Source: a virus (lineage: Duplodnaviria > Caudoviricetes). From it: a stretch of 59,401 bases of DNA. Within the stretch, counting starts at the first letter, position 1. Each line of letters opens with the position of its first letter. Of the stretch, positions 17,978 through 29,251 are shown one piece after another. Position numbers and translations under genes: made by a program. The notes below the pieces were generated by a model. The model saw only the letters and a list, made by a program, of their open reading frames with translations. It was not told the origin of the DNA and searched no databases. The stretch lies in the IMG/VR virus record IMGVR_UViG_3300037529_000001, positions 1-59,401 of that record; one strand, 5' to 3'.

Positions 17978-20604
17978 TAGAGAACCCTCACCTGAGTCCG
18001 TGTATTGCGCCGCATGATCACATCATTGATGCCCATACCAACAGCTTGTCCTGTAGCAAATGCTTGTTCTTCTGTCGGCAATGCGCCGGTAAAGACCACC
18101 TCGACGGCACCTTTATTGAACACTGCTGCACCTGGATTGTTCGTTCCTGGCACTGATGTAATCATATTATCAGATGCAAGTGCCGGAATGCTTGAATTCA
18201 CATCAAAAGCACTGGGGATCATATTAGTGATATCACCCAATGTGTTACGCAATGAAGGAATCGAGTTTTCAATACCATTTATGAGACCACTCATAATTGC
18301 TTGACCTGCTGGCGTAAGCAACTTGAGGTCAACCTCCATTGGACCTTTCCAGTCGGTGATACTTTCTGTAAGATTAGTGAATGTGTCCTTAACCCAATTC
18401 CATGCACTAACGACACCATTCACAAGACCACGGAGAATATCACGTCCTGCATTATAAAGAAGATTACCTAGATCACCGATGGCATTAAGAATTTTATCGG
18501 GAAGTTCAACAAAGAAGTCAATGACATCATCAACAATTCCAGCAACTTTCTCAAATGCTTTCACAAGCCAGTCGACAAGAATAGCTGAGAACTCAACAAC
18601 CTTTTGAATGAGGAATGCTATGATTTGTAGCATTCTCTGTAGAACTTCAATAAGGAAATTAACAACTGGAATCATTTTGTTAAGAACATCCACAATGTTC
18701 TCAATCATCATGATAAAGATGTCAAGACCAAGATCGATCAATTGCACAATGATAGGCAATAGTGCTTCAATGATTGGCATCAATGATTCTGCCAGTGCAG
18801 AAATCAAATTCACAATCGGAGGAAGCAACTTCAAGATAACATCGATCATTGGTATGAAGGCTTGAACAACCTTCACAATGACAGGAATCAACTTGATGAC
18901 TGCGCCGCTTAGTTGTGCGCCAAGATCTTGTGCAAGTTTTGAAATAACCGGAATGATCTTATTAAGCGCATCAAACAATGGTTGCAGCGCAACAGCGAGT
19001 TGAGAAATAACTGGCGCTAGTGCATTAAACAATGCGATCACAATGGGCAGAACAATCTGCATTGGAATCATCGCAAGCTTAATGATTTCAACCAGTGGAT
19101 CAATCAATGTTATGACGACAGGCAAAAGTGCATCAATGATACTGATCAAAGCAGGAAAGAGTTGCGATGTCAGTGGAATCATCACTGTTAGAATATTTGC
19201 AATAACTTCAATCAAACCACCTGCCAGTGCAGTAATAACTGGTGCAAGTGATGTTAGAAGATCACCAAGACTATTCGCAACAAGTGTAATGACGGGCGTC
19301 AATGCAGTGAAGATCGGCATCAATCCGGTCATCAATTGCGCAATGAGAGGCGTAATGATCTGTACCAAAGTGATAATGATCTGAATGAGACCATCACTCA
19401 ATGCGGCCAAGAATGGCGTCATTGCACTGACAAGTTGATTGATCGTGGGCACAAGCGATAGGAAGATTGCTTGTAGACCTTGACCCAACATTGCGATGAT
19501 AGGTGCAAGAACAGCAGCCAGCATCTGGAATATTGGTGCAAGAGCAGTTGCCAGTCCATTAATGATCTGAGCAAGTGAAATAAGAAGAGGACCGGCAACT
19601 TGTGCCACTGATGAAATAATTTGCATCAGTGGTGCGATTGCACTTGTAAGTGCTTGAATGGTTGGAAGTAGTGCTTGAATCAGTGGACCAATTACAGGAC
19701 CAAGATTATCAGCAAGTACTTGTGTGAATGCTAGTACTTGTGCAATGATAGGCGCAAGCAACGGTGTAAATTGCTGCACCACTGTGGACAAGCTATTGAT
19801 GATATCTGGTAGTGCCGATGCAGTATTAATGATAGGCACAAGTGATGGCACAAGTGAAGTAAAAGCATTAGCTGCTGCGTCAGCCGCCGGTACAGCTTGA
19901 TCAACAAGAGCTTGCGTGATAGGTGCAATTGCCGGTCGAATCTTAATAAGAGATCCGATAGCGATGTTTGTGAATTTACCTATAGCACCTTCAAGAATGG
20001 GCAATGTATCAAGAAACGTGAAACCAAGTGAATCCTTGATCATCTTCAAGGAATCATCCCACGTTTTAAAGATCGTAGGTGCTTCACCATTTAGTTCAGT
20101 CGCTACTCGAGCAGCATTACCAAAACCAACTGTGCCGAGTGATATAAGTGCTGCTGTTGCTGTTCCGGCACCGGCAGCAATGGCACTAAATGCACCGGCA
20201 GCACCGATACCCAAACCTGCAAGTGAATAGCCAATACCACGCCATGTTCTTCTGGTAAAGAATGGTCCACTTGTGGCTCTAGTTGCAGATTTATTTATAC
20301 TCTTAAATACTTTATCTGCTTTATCATCAAGATCTTCGAGCTCATCTTCGACTTTTTTAATGTCAACTTCAGCTCGACCGGTCATTTCTTTAAACTCACG
20401 CTTAAAGTCACGACCAACATCAGCAATAACTCTAGCGGCAGAACCGCCCATTTTCTTAAAACGATCGGTAACGGCTGTGCCCATTTTGTCGATACGCTCG
20501 ATGACACTGCTAACTGTCTCATCGACTTGTCGAACAACTGTGCGCTGGAACTTATCAGCAACAGGAACAATTTCAATTGAAATTGTGTCAACGGGCTCAG
20601 CCAC
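17977..20604 (-). CDS. tape measure protein
   Basis: 875 aa of amphipathic helical L.P.I..L repeats; C-terminal AG..I..GL..G motifs; follows the chaperones. Confidence 0.9.
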   Translation of the reverse strand: MAEPVDTISIEIVPVADKFQRTVVRQVDETVSSVIERIDKMGTAVTDRFKKMGGSAARVIADVGRDFKREFKEMTGRAEVDIKKVEDELEDLDDKADKVFKSINKSATRATSGPFFTRRTWRGIGYSLAGLGIGAAGAFSAIAAGAGTATAALISLGTVGFGNAARVATELNGEAPTIFKTWDDSLKMIKDSLGFTFLDTLPILEGAIGKFTNIAIGSLIKIRPAIAPITQALVDQAVPAADAAANAFTSLVPSLVPIINTASALPDIINSLSTVVQQFTPLLAPIIAQVLAFTQVLADNLGPVIGPLIQALLPTIQALTSAIAPLMQIISSVAQVAGPLLISLAQIINGLATALAPIFQMLAAVLAPIIAMLGQGLQAIFLSLVPTINQLVSAMTPFLAALSDGLIQIIITLVQIITPLIAQLMTGLMPIFTALTPVITLVANSLGDLLTSLAPVITALAGGLIEVIANILTVMIPLTSQLFPALISIIDALLPVVITLIDPLVEIIKLAMIPMQIVLPIVIALFNALAPVISQLAVALQPLFDALNKIIPVISKLAQDLGAQLSGAVIKLIPVIVKVVQAFIPMIDVILKLLPPIVNLISALAESLMPIIEALLPIIVQLIDLGLDIFIMMIENIVDVLNKMIPVVNFLIEVLQRMLQIIAFLIQKVVEFSAILVDWLVKAFEKVAGIVDDVIDFFVELPDKILNAIGDLGNLLYNAGRDILRGLVNGVVSAWNWVKDTFTNLTESITDWKGPMEVDLKLLTPAGQAIMSGLINGIENSIPSLRNTLGDITNMIPSAFDVNSSIPALASDNMITSVPGTNNPGAAVFNKGAVEVVFTGALPTEEQAFATGQAVGMGINDVIMRRNTRTQVRVL

Positions 20605-20606
20605 AA

Positions 20607-21259
20607 CTACCTCTTACGATTCTTTGTAAGAGATTGAGCTGCCAAAATACTTGAGTGACTGGCTTCTTCATCACCATGCCACCAAGAAGGCGTCCATTCT
20701 CTTTTCTCCGGCTTATCCTCCATAGACAATAGAGGACCGACCAATTGACTATTAATTTCTTTATGCTTTTCAGGATCTGATGTTTCTAGAACCCAAAAGT
20801 GCACAAGATCTATGAAACGATCGACGGTGAACTTACTGGGATCAACGTTTCTGCTTGCGCACCATCCATTGAAAATGTGCCATCTTTCTCTGTGAAATCG
20901 ATGGTAGAGCCATTTGCAGAGTCCGACGACTGCTCCAAAGGGCGGCCGGTGTACACCTCAATAAGCCATTCAATGATGTCACTTAGTTCTTCAACATCAA
21001 TGGGATTTGTCTTGTCACTAAGTCGCTTATTAAAAAGTTCATATGAGTGATCAAGCATGAGACCTTCAAGAATTTCCATGAAGAGATCAAGCTTTGCATT
21101 TACATTAGAATTTTCAGCATCACCGAGTGCACTAATTTTACGAGTAAGACTCATTGGCATTTTACGCACACACTCAAATGTGTCACCATCCAGATCGAAT
21201 GTGACAGGTTCACGCTTCTTCGCTCGTGTAAAAGATTTGTGGCGCATAATCTCAGTCAT
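20607..21259 (-). CDS. tail assembly chaperone G (20810-21259) with -1 frameshift product GT
   Basis: Slippery C CCT TTG at 20942-20936; the -1 frame is open through FNGWCASRNVDP..DRFIDLVHFW to the stop at 20607. Confidence 0.85.
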
Positions 21260-21311
21260 GCGTTCTCCTTCATCAATTTATTCTATAACATTGAATGATA
21301 TCACACTCAAG

Positions 21312-21707
21312 TTAATGTGCTGCTGCAAATTTCGCATTCGTGAGAAATGGATTTGCTTTAATACCACGAACACGTCGTGCAATGATAATATTACCGTCTC
21401 GGCCATACCATGCCATCGCATTGGCGTGAACAGGACCGTGATCGCGTGTTCCGTTATGAATGAATGGTGCATACATTACAGGAGTGCCGACGGTCACTAC
21501 AGGGCGATTTCGTCTCACATGCAATTGTGTATGAATGCTAGAACGAAGATTTCCTGTATCTGTGGTAGTCGTCACATTACGTTTTGCTTGTGCTTCAACA
21601 TTATAGCCACGGCGCAAAAGATCACGTGCCACACCGCGTTTACGAATCAAAATCTCAGTCATCACGCCTTCGAGATTTTGGTTTGTTCTATGAATACGTG
21701 TTGCCAT
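21312..21707 (-). CDS. HK97 gp10-like neck/tail completion protein
   Basis: DTGNLRSSI, YAPFIHNGT, GIKANPFL. Confidence 0.8.
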   Translation of the reverse strand: MATRIHRTNQNLEGVMTEILIRKRGVARDLLRRGYNVEAQAKRNVTTTTDTGNLRSSIHTQLHVRRNRPVVTVGTPVMYAPFIHNGTRDHGPVHANAMAWYGRDGNIIIARRVRGIKANPFLTNAKFAAAH

Positions 21708-21709
21708 GA

Positions 21710-22240
21710 TTACTCACAAGGGCAATTAGATATGAGTGATACATTGAATGAAAGTACAGCACCAACACATCCACCACGTGGTCCGGTTTCTTCAGTGGTA
21801 GAGATGTTATACTCCATGATATCATTTGAATTGCGCATTTCAGCAAGACAACATTGTACTGCTGTTCTCATATAATATTTGTCTTGATAAAGAATCTTAG
21901 AAGCTTCCTGCAATGTGGTACACTTTGGTGCATGACCATTTCTATCCGGATTTGGCGCACATCGAAGTAGTGTTATTTCAAATGTACTTACAGTGTATGG
22001 TGCACCACATTGCGTTTCATTCATTCCCTCTGCAGGAAGAGGAAATGTTGTTGAGCTAAATTGTGATGGATTAGTGATAGTAAGTTGTCCACAACTACAA
22101 TCATCCCATGCCACTTCACCCGGCACTACACATACACGACCAAAATCTGGAAGTCCTGCACCTATAATACGCGAATGTACACATTCCAGAACAGTTGTGG
22201 CAATGTTAAAGAATGCAAGCGGTGTGTTGGCTTCCATCAC
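21710..22240 (-). CDS. tail terminator-like protein
   Basis: Position; WDDCSCGQL, RCAP, GP.GGC.G. Confidence 0.6.
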   Translation of the reverse strand: MMEANTPLAFFNIATTVLECVHSRIIGAGLPDFGRVCVVPGEVAWDDCSCGQLTITNPSQFSSTTFPLPAEGMNETQCGAPYTVSTFEITLLRCAPNPDRNGHAPKCTTLQEASKILYQDKYYMRTAVQCCLAEMRNSNDIMEYNISTTEETGPRGGCVGAVLSFNVSLISNCPCE

Positions 22241-23031
22241 GTACCTGTTCTTCTAAATGTACGACCACCAACATCAAATATTCTGGCAGGTCTTTGGATG
22301 CGTGCTGGGTTCCATGTCTCCACAAACAAGTCACACATGAAAAGACCGATACGCGCTTCACCAATAATGCGGTCAGGATCAAAGAAAGCCATGCTAACGC
22401 CTTGTCTTTGAACTGATTGCACAGCCGTTGGAAATGAGCATGAATCATCGCACATCAAGTATTTGACAAATTCAGCGGCAAGTTCACCAACTGCAGCCAA
22501 CCCAAGTTGCGGAACAACTTCACCAAATTGCGCAGTGACAGACCATGTTCCAGTCTCTGTATCATCCTTGTTGAGGTCATTACAAATCGGCCAAGGATTA
22601 CCGTCAAGTCGTACTAGAAGACGTTGATCATCCACTCGGTAATCACTTGTGGCAAGTACAACACCGTCGACTTTAACTTCTGTAATATTTGCCACTGGAG
22701 CTGGCAACACTGCTTCATGGATGATAGTGCATGAGCATGAACCTGGACATCCACCGCAGCCTAGGTTATACCAAAGTCCTCGGTAATTGTAAGGAAATGG
22801 GTAACGTAGGCTAAAAGGAATGATACCTGTTGGGAATACATCATTAAAACAATCACGTGCACAAGGTCGTAGCTTTTGTGTGCATAGACCGAAACGTTGG
22901 CCTGTTCTCTTCCAGAGTACCTCAGTAGCAGCTGCAACAGCAATTCCACTAATAGCCTCAGATCCAGTGGGTAGCTCACACGTAAATATGGGAGTCCATG
23001 GTTCACATGGTCCCGAGTTAAATTCAGCCAT
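22237..23031 (-). CDS. head-to-tail adaptor
   Basis: AATEVLW..TG.RFG.C, EVKVDG, RQGVS, DLFV...NP. Confidence 0.7.
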   Translation of the reverse strand: MAEFNSGPCEPWTPIFTCELPTGSEAISGIAVAAATEVLWKRTGQRFGLCTQKLRPCARDCFNDVFPTGIIPFSLRYPFPYNYRGLWYNLGCGGCPGSCSCTIIHEAVLPAPVANITEVKVDGVVLATSDYRVDDQRLLVRLDGNPWPICNDLNKDDTETGTWSVTAQFGEVVPQLGLAAVGELAAEFVKYLMCDDSCSFPTAVQSVQRQGVSMAFFDPDRIIGEARIGLFMCDLFVETWNPARIQRPARIFDVGGRTFRRTGT

Positions 23032-23048
23032 ATCATCCCACTAAACTA

Positions 23049-23086
23049 AGAAAGCCGATGCGATAATCGTATCACATCGGCTCTCA
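23049..23086 (-). terminator. terminator after major tail gene
   Basis: Minus strand AGCCGATGTGAT..ATCGCATCGGCT followed by TTCTT. Confidence 0.7.
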
Positions 23087-23096
23087 TCATTGAATT

Positions 23097-23762
23097 TTAT
23101 GGAGTGTATGCAACAGCTCCGCAAGCCGGTGTTGGCGGTGGAACCGTGGTCACGATGTGCAAGAAATGATCGCCTTCTAGTATGACATTTCCATCAAGAT
23201 ATGCAGCACCAACATTCCATCCCGGAAATGCTCTCTTAGTCTCAGCAGCAATTTCAAATGTGAACACGTCATTCTGAAATGTAAACGAACCGATGTTCGC
23301 ATTACCAACATTCATGAATGCCCAATACAAGTATCGTTGTACACCACCTGGGGTACATGCGCCGACACCTGAAATTGGCTGCCACAATTCAAGAGAAAAT
23401 CTTGATGTAAGAATACCTTCACCGTATGCCACACCTGTGCCTGTTACACCCACACCACCGGCGGTAAGAAGACGTTCACCGGCAATGATGGCAAAGGCAT
23501 CAGGATCCAAAAGACAAAACTGACTTGTAAGCGTAACACGCTTCAGTTCACTTGGATCTTTCTCATTGACACAAAGCTCACCATTTGCATTCTTTTGAAT
23601 GTACTCTGTGCCATCTTCATATTCAGGCGCTGCCTCAACACTAACGAAACCATTCGTAGTGACCTGCGAAGAGCCAACACCGGTAATCGGCACGCCACAT
23701 TCGTCCTCCGCAGTGAGACGAATTGTGCGTGCCTTAATCGGCGCTACACAAACAGCTGGCAT
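23097..23762 (-). CDS. major tail protein
   Basis: RLT..D.CG, QKNANGELC, FCLLDPD, FSLELW; position followed by a terminator. Confidence 0.8.
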   Translation of the reverse strand: MPAVCVAPIKARTIRLTAEDECGVPITGVGSSQVTTNGFVSVEAAPEYEDGTEYIQKNANGELCVNEKDPSELKRVTLTSQFCLLDPDAFAIIAGERLLTAGGVGVTGTGVAYGEGILTSRFSLELWQPISGVGACTPGGVQRYLYWAFMNVGNANIGSFTFQNDVFTFEIAAETKRAFPGWNVGAAYLDGNVILEGDHFLHIVTTVPPPTPACGAVAYTP

Positions 23763-23774
23763 ACCAATACTTCC

Positions 23775-24668
23775 TTACAAACTAAGATCAACAAGTACAG
23801 CGAAGTGGCAGCAATCCCAACCCAATGAATATGTTCGTTCTGCGATGAGAACCATACTATTAATGTCTCGGCGCAAACCTTCTTCACGAGAAGATGTGAA
23901 CTTAGTTGAGCTAACACGCATGTTAATTGCACCCGTCGCATAAAACCATACAAATGGATATGCCGGATCAGTTCCATCGGGTGCAAGTCCACGATAACCT
24001 GCGCCTGCTGCTACACGACTATCACCGATAGTCACTAGCATATTTCCGCGACGATAGATAAGACCATAGCGATCAATGTTTGCTAGTGCAACTCTAGGAA
24101 CGTGAATAACGGGAGTTCCACCGTAACATTGAGCCATTGCACCTTCAAGAAGGCCAATAGCATCAACAGTGCTAAATGCACCTGTCACAGGAATTGTTGC
24201 AGCAGTCTGTATAACAACATCTGTCATAACACTATCTGTGACAATAGCATTAGACGCAAGATGCGGATAATTTATATCTGATCCTACAGTGTCAATGACA
24301 CCGGATTCAAATACACGTTCAAGAGTACGCCCAGCACCAAGATCAAGTGCTTCTTCAGTTCTTGCTTGATATTCGTCCCAAGCACCGACCGGACTACAAT
24401 CAATGCGTGAGTACAGTGTGAATGCATCATTACCGATGGCTGTAATTCCATCAGTTGACGCATCTTTTGTTGGTGTATCTTGTGCAGCAGAATCAACACA
24501 ATTCTGTTTTGTTGATAGTGCTCGATCACATGCTTCAGGTCGATACCATGTACCTAGTCGCCAATGCGGATCACTATCGGGAACCACATTGACAACTGAG
24601 ATAAGACCATACGGAAGAGGTGTAACCGTAGGTGGATCGACTTCTAGACGTACACCTTGCATTGCCAT
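23775..24668 (-). CDS. capsid pentamer/minor capsid protein
   Basis: Follows the MCP; PYGLIS, GAGY, YATG, AERTY; fits the hexamer/pentamer capsid arrangement of Rosebush-like actinophages. Confidence 0.7.
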   Translation of the reverse strand: MAMQGVRLEVDPPTVTPLPYGLISVVNVVPDSDPHWRLGTWYRPEACDRALSTKQNCVDSAAQDTPTKDASTDGITAIGNDAFTLYSRIDCSPVGAWDEYQARTEEALDLGAGRTLERVFESGVIDTVGSDINYPHLASNAIVTDSVMTDVVIQTAATIPVTGAFSTVDAIGLLEGAMAQCYGGTPVIHVPRVALANIDRYGLIYRRGNMLVTIGDSRVAAGAGYRGLAPDGTDPAYPFVWFYATGAINMRVSSTKFTSSREEGLRRDINSMVLIAERTYSLGWDCCHFAVLVDLSL

Positions 24669-24707
24669 AATTCACCCCTTCCGTATGATCATATTAGAAA
24701 ACATTTA

Positions 24708-26378
24708 TTAGACGTCACATGCAGTGAGATCATTAGCACCTGTAGTACCATCAGCACAAATGTTCACACTGTAGCGACGAGATTCGTGACCTGGTTGGAA
24801 GATCAACCAGCACTCTTCCATCCACTCAGCAGTGAAGTCATTTGTCTCGTTAAGAGTTGAGTCGCGAATAACACCAAGGTCAAGTGTAAGACCATTACCC
24901 TTAACGAATGTGCCAGGCGCATAGATAAGGAATTCAACCTGTGTCGGCCAAGCAGTGATTGGAGTACCAGCACCTGGGAAACCAACACCACGAACCTGCC
25001 AGTCATTGACCCACTGAACACGAACATTCTCAGCGTCAAACATCGCCATCAGACGAGAGTCATTGACATCGAGAAGATCAACACCAGTGCGCTTACGCAG
25101 GTCAGAACGCATCATAGCACGAATCCATCGAGGAAGAATAACCTCAAGAACTGCGTCCTCACACATCGCGTACTTTTCGCGATAATCAATTGCAGCTAGA
25201 GAAATTGCACCAATGAGCGGCGCAACAACACCAGAGCCAGCAGAACCGACGGTAGTGTCGCTACCTGATAGAGAAACAAGACGTTGAATCCAAAGACCAT
25301 TCATCTTGTGCGCATGTGCAGCAAATAGCAAACGCGTGTGGTTGGCAATAAGCTCAGGATATGCGTCATCCATGAGATTACCAACTGTAAGACAAAGACC
25401 ATCACATTGAAGACGCTCTTCATCAAATGTTGGACATGGAACGCGACCACATGTCTTAGTACCTGACTGCGCTGTACCTGTTGCTGCTGCGATGTCCTGT
25501 GTTTCAGTCCATGACCACAGAGCTTCATTACCAACAAGATCACCAAACGATGGTGAAACAGGCCAGCGGATGCCACCACGATTAATGCCGACAGTGGGAA
25601 GATCTAGCATACCATCTTCACAAACAATGTTGTAAAAATCGTATGAAATCTCAGAAGGAGCACACCAGCCACCGGCTGCGACAAGTGCATTAACATCTGT
25701 TACTTCCTGAAGAACACGATCGATGTCATCAGGCATAGCATCTGGGCCAAGCACGTGACGATACTTACGCTGCATTTGCGCAACAGGAACATAGTTATGC
25801 GCACCACGACCATCTGTAAGCGTCTTGGCACGTGCCTGCATTGCAGCAACAAGCGATGCCATGTCAGGCAACTTACTTGCATGCGTAAAACCTGGAATGT
25901 CAGCACTCGCAACCAGAACGGCATTATTTGCAGCACGCGCAGGTGGTGCAACCTTAGGCGCGTGTTGACGAATTTCAGCGAGCGTGGGATTAAGCTTACG
26001 GCCTGTTATACGCGGTGTGGTTGTGGCACCGCCTGCAACAAGAGCCGGTTCTTGTGTGGATTGTTCGTCTTGCACCTCAGCCTCAACTTCATCAGTGATT
26101 TCTGCAGTTTCATCAACAGAATCACCATGCACTAGTGCTTGAAGTTCTGCCATCGAATTAGCACGCTGTTCTGCACGCACAACACGATCGCTTGTTTCAG
26201 TGCGAAGAGCATTGATCTGTTGGCCTAGCTTAGTAAGTGTCGCAAGACCGGCGTCATCGAGGTTCTCATCCGCAAAAAGTGTATCAAACTGCTCAACAAG
26301 GTTACCCTCATGTGTTGCAAGTTCTTCTTCACTTAGTGCCGTGAGGTCCTCAGGGAGGCCGTTCACATTCTCACCCAT
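24708..26378 (-). CDS. major capsid (hexamer) protein with N-terminal scaffold-like region
   Basis: ASADIPG, ALVAAGGWCAPSE, LDLP.V..RGG, RDSTLNETNDF. Confidence 0.9.
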   Translation of the reverse strand: MGENVNGLPEDLTALSEEELATHEGNLVEQFDTLFADENLDDAGLATLTKLGQQINALRTETSDRVVRAEQRANSMAELQALVHGDSVDETAEITDEVEAEVQDEQSTQEPALVAGGATTTPRITGRKLNPTLAEIRQHAPKVAPPARAANNAVLVASADIPGFTHASKLPDMASLVAAMQARAKTLTDGRGAHNYVPVAQMQRKYRHVLGPDAMPDDIDRVLQEVTDVNALVAAGGWCAPSEISYDFYNIVCEDGMLDLPTVGINRGGIRWPVSPSFGDLVGNEALWSWTETQDIAAATGTAQSGTKTCGRVPCPTFDEERLQCDGLCLTVGNLMDDAYPELIANHTRLLFAAHAHKMNGLWIQRLVSLSGSDTTVGSAGSGVVAPLIGAISLAAIDYREKYAMCEDAVLEVILPRWIRAMMRSDLRKRTGVDLLDVNDSRLMAMFDAENVRVQWVNDWQVRGVGFPGAGTPITAWPTQVEFLIYAPGTFVKGNGLTLDLGVIRDSTLNETNDFTAEWMEECWLIFQPGHESRRYSVNICADGTTGANDLTACDV

Positions 26379-26449
26379 GGATGAAAACCTCTCTGATATG
26401 AGTTATCGTCATTGTAACAGGTTACATAGTTCAAATGAAAACAGTCTGA

Positions 26450-26632
26450 CTATGAAGCTGTAACAACAACTTCATTTGTAGTCACATCACTTGAATATTC
26501 ACTATTTGCATTGCCAATAGCATTCTTAGCACTCTGCATTGTACGTTCTTCAGTTGTACCTTGTGCCATTTCACGGGCAGCCGCAAGTGTCGCTGAGGTA
26601 ACTTGCTTGTGTCGACGATTGCAATTACACAT
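26450..26632 (-). CDS. small head-module protein (MCNC start)
   Basis: Fills the gap between protease and MCP; GGAGG RBS. Confidence 0.6.
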   Translation of the reverse strand: MCNCNRRHKQVTSATLAAAREMAQGTTEERTMQSAKNAIGNANSEYSSDVTTNEVVVTAS

Positions 26633-26633
26633 T

Positions 26634-28661
26634 TTAACCTCCGTGAACCGTTCTACGAATAAGTTCTTTACGAGTGCTTACATCTCGACCAACAGTTTTT
26701 GCAATGACCTGTGCTGCCATACGTATGCCGGTGTTTGGTGTCTTGACGGGTGTTCTAGCATCCTTAGCACGAATCAATTCAACAGGAATACTTGCAGCGA
26801 CAAGAGCATCTTCACGAATGGTAACACTTGATTGCTTTCGTGCCATCGGGAATCCTGGAACTGGAACAAGCAATGCTCCACAGAATTCATACATACCTGA
26901 TCGCTGGCTGTGTGGACGCCAATCACCGGATAGTCGGCAAGACATCATCTTGACAATTTGTTCAGGTGTCACACCAGGTGTAACCGCACCAGCAACCCAT
27001 GTACCGTGTGCACCTTCACCAATTCTGATATTAGCAACCACACTGCATGAGTTATCATAATGTTCAAGCGCATCGTTGGATGAAATAGATGCATGAGTAT
27101 CAGCGTGTCCACAACCCATCGTGATCACGCCGGTAACAACACGACCGCCGCCTTCAACAATGGTCTCACCACCCATAAATTGCGAGTAGTCGACATTGCC
27201 ATTTGGAACTTGAACATTTTGATTTGGGAATGAACGATGATTCACATATCGTGGACCAAGAAGACCATAGACACGACCTTCATCTGTCACCGTGAGAGCA
27301 CCGTGCATTTGTACATCTTTTGGCTCATTAAACCAAGATGCTGGAGGAACATCATGGATAGTAATCACATGCGCCGCTGCAGTTAGCGGATTTTGTATTT
27401 TTAGTGCAGTAGGTTCCATTTGCGCCTCCAAAATGTGCGCCCTCAGATGGGCGTAGACGCCCCTTCGAACCTCCTCCGATAGTTGGCTATACGTCGGATT
27501 TTCATTCAAATCATGAATACCCGCAATACAAGCAGTGATATTTGCTGGACCAACTTTACCGTGCGCATCAATGGTGTGATGGAGGAAATCACAATATTGA
27601 CGCTTGATAGTCCAGTTGGTTGCATTTGATTCATTCACATATGCGAATGCTTCAGTTGCAGTACTCAGTGCTATGTTCATCGGCACTTTAATGTGTTGTT
27701 CATCACTGTTCCATGGTGATTCAACGTCAAATTCAGTTGAATGAACTGGAACAGCAGCGCTCATTTCATTTGGAATAAATAGTTCATCACCAAGTGCGAT
27801 CTTTGCTTCCACAAATGCTGGCATAGGCGTCAATGTTGCGCCACGGATCCGACCTTTATGCACGATCATCAATGTTGGTGTATTAAAGAATGCTTCATCT
27901 TCATAATCATCAGATGCATACACATATTCAATGTCAGCATCAGTCACTGAGTCAACATCAACACTTATGCCACGAAGAACACCAGCCTGTACTTGACGAT
28001 ATGCTTCATGTGCTAGACTTGATTCAGGTCCACCAAGATCAAAAATGCCTCGTGCACGAATGTTAGCACCATCGCGACGTATTTCTTGAATCTGTCCAAC
28101 TAGTACAGATCCATCATGCCCAGGAAGCATTGACGGTTGATACATCAATGGAAGTGGATCTTCACCCCAAAGCAAAGCACCATCACTGAACATCCGGCCA
28201 TCACCGGATTCCATACCTTCAACAGTAATGACACTTGACCACGCATTACTTATTTGGTCAATACTGAACTTATTCTTTGGTGGCTTATTCTTATTCTTAT
28301 CCTCTTCATCATCGTCTTCACCTTGATCATCTTCATTATCATTTTCATCTTGATTGTCATCATCAGATGGTGGAGGTGGTGCTATGTCTTCAGGAGGACC
28401 AACCAACGTGTTAATCGGTTCACCTGGCACTGTGTCTTGCAATTCAGGACAATCATCACCGGTGCATTTAATATTATTTTCAGTTGAGATAGGATCATGA
28501 ATTGCACTATCAGTTTCTGACGCATAGAGCGCTTGAAGTTGTTGCGTTGCTGATTCTTTTGTATCGTGACATCCTGCTAGTTCACCATCACCCGATTTAA
28601 TGACAGCAAATGGCTTATCACTTGGGCAACTGCCCGATCCCGCAACAATTTCCCATGGCAT
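26634..28661 (-). CDS. capsid maturation protease fusion protein
   Basis: EG.ESGDGR, H.GSV.VG.I, GISVD.D, GATL..PAF, LTVTDEGRVYG, LSGDWR. Confidence 0.8.
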   Translation of the reverse strand: MPWEIVAGSGSCPSDKPFAVIKSGDGELAGCHDTKESATQQLQALYASETDSAIHDPISTENNIKCTGDDCPELQDTVPGEPINTLVGPPEDIAPPPPSDDDNQDENDNEDDQGEDDDEEDKNKNKPPKNKFSIDQISNAWSSVITVEGMESGDGRMFSDGALLWGEDPLPLMYQPSMLPGHDGSVLVGQIQEIRRDGANIRARGIFDLGGPESSLAHEAYRQVQAGVLRGISVDVDSVTDADIEYVYASDDYEDEAFFNTPTLMIVHKGRIRGATLTPMPAFVEAKIALGDELFIPNEMSAAVPVHSTEFDVESPWNSDEQHIKVPMNIALSTATEAFAYVNESNATNWTIKRQYCDFLHHTIDAHGKVGPANITACIAGIHDLNENPTYSQLSEEVRRGVYAHLRAHILEAQMEPTALKIQNPLTAAAHVITIHDVPPASWFNEPKDVQMHGALTVTDEGRVYGLLGPRYVNHRSFPNQNVQVPNGNVDYSQFMGGETIVEGGGRVVTGVITMGCGHADTHASISSNDALEHYDNSCSVVANIRIGEGAHGTWVAGAVTPGVTPEQIVKMMSCRLSGDWRPHSQRSGMYEFCGALLVPVPGFPMARKQSSVTIREDALVAASIPVELIRAKDARTPVKTPNTGIRMAAQVIAKTVGRDVSTRKELIRRTVHGG

Positions 28662-28705
28662 GATGATATCCTAACACGAGTTTGATTACATTATACGATG
28701 GCATC

Positions 28706-29251
28706 TTAACGTTTGACGCATTGTGCCCATGCATAAATATCGCCTGGGTTTGGATTATATGTTACTTCAAAGTGAGCAAAAAACTTACTCAATTGACGAC
28801 GCATTTCATCTGGATCAATGTTTTGATACCACTCACCTGGTGGCGGATCCATTTCACCAGATGCGCCATGTGGTCGCCGTCCGGTTGACGCACACGTGAT
28901 AAACAATATTTCTTCACCACCATTAGATAGTGCTTGAGAACATGTACGAATGACTCCACGCCAATCTTCTACATGCTCAAATAGTTCAGTGGTGATAATC
29001 ATATCATATAGCTTAAAGTTCTCTGGCCAATCGAGTGTGGCATCTCTAACAATGTCAACACCTGGTCCTTCAACTATGTCAAGACCATCCCATTGCGCAT
29101 GTGGAAGAAGTCCTCGAATACTTCCATTAATGTCTCGACCACCGAGATCAAGTACATGCATTAGTTTATTAAGTTCAAGGCCTGAATCATTCAACATTCT
29201 AAAAAGACCATTATATGCTTCAAGATGCATTAGTGCGGTGCCTTTCCCCAC
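28706..29251 (-). CDS. class I SAM-dependent methyltransferase
   Basis: VLDLGGRDING, GLDI.EGPGVD, TELFEH. Confidence 0.8.
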   Translation of the reverse strand: MGKGTALMHLEAYNGLFRMLNDSGLELNKLMHVLDLGGRDINGSIRGLLPHAQWDGLDIVEGPGVDIVRDATLDWPENFKLYDMIITTELFEHVEDWRGVIRTCSQALSNGGEEILFITCASTGRRPHGASGEMDPPPGEWYQNIDPDEMRRQLSKFFAHFEVTYNPNPGDIYAWAQCVKR

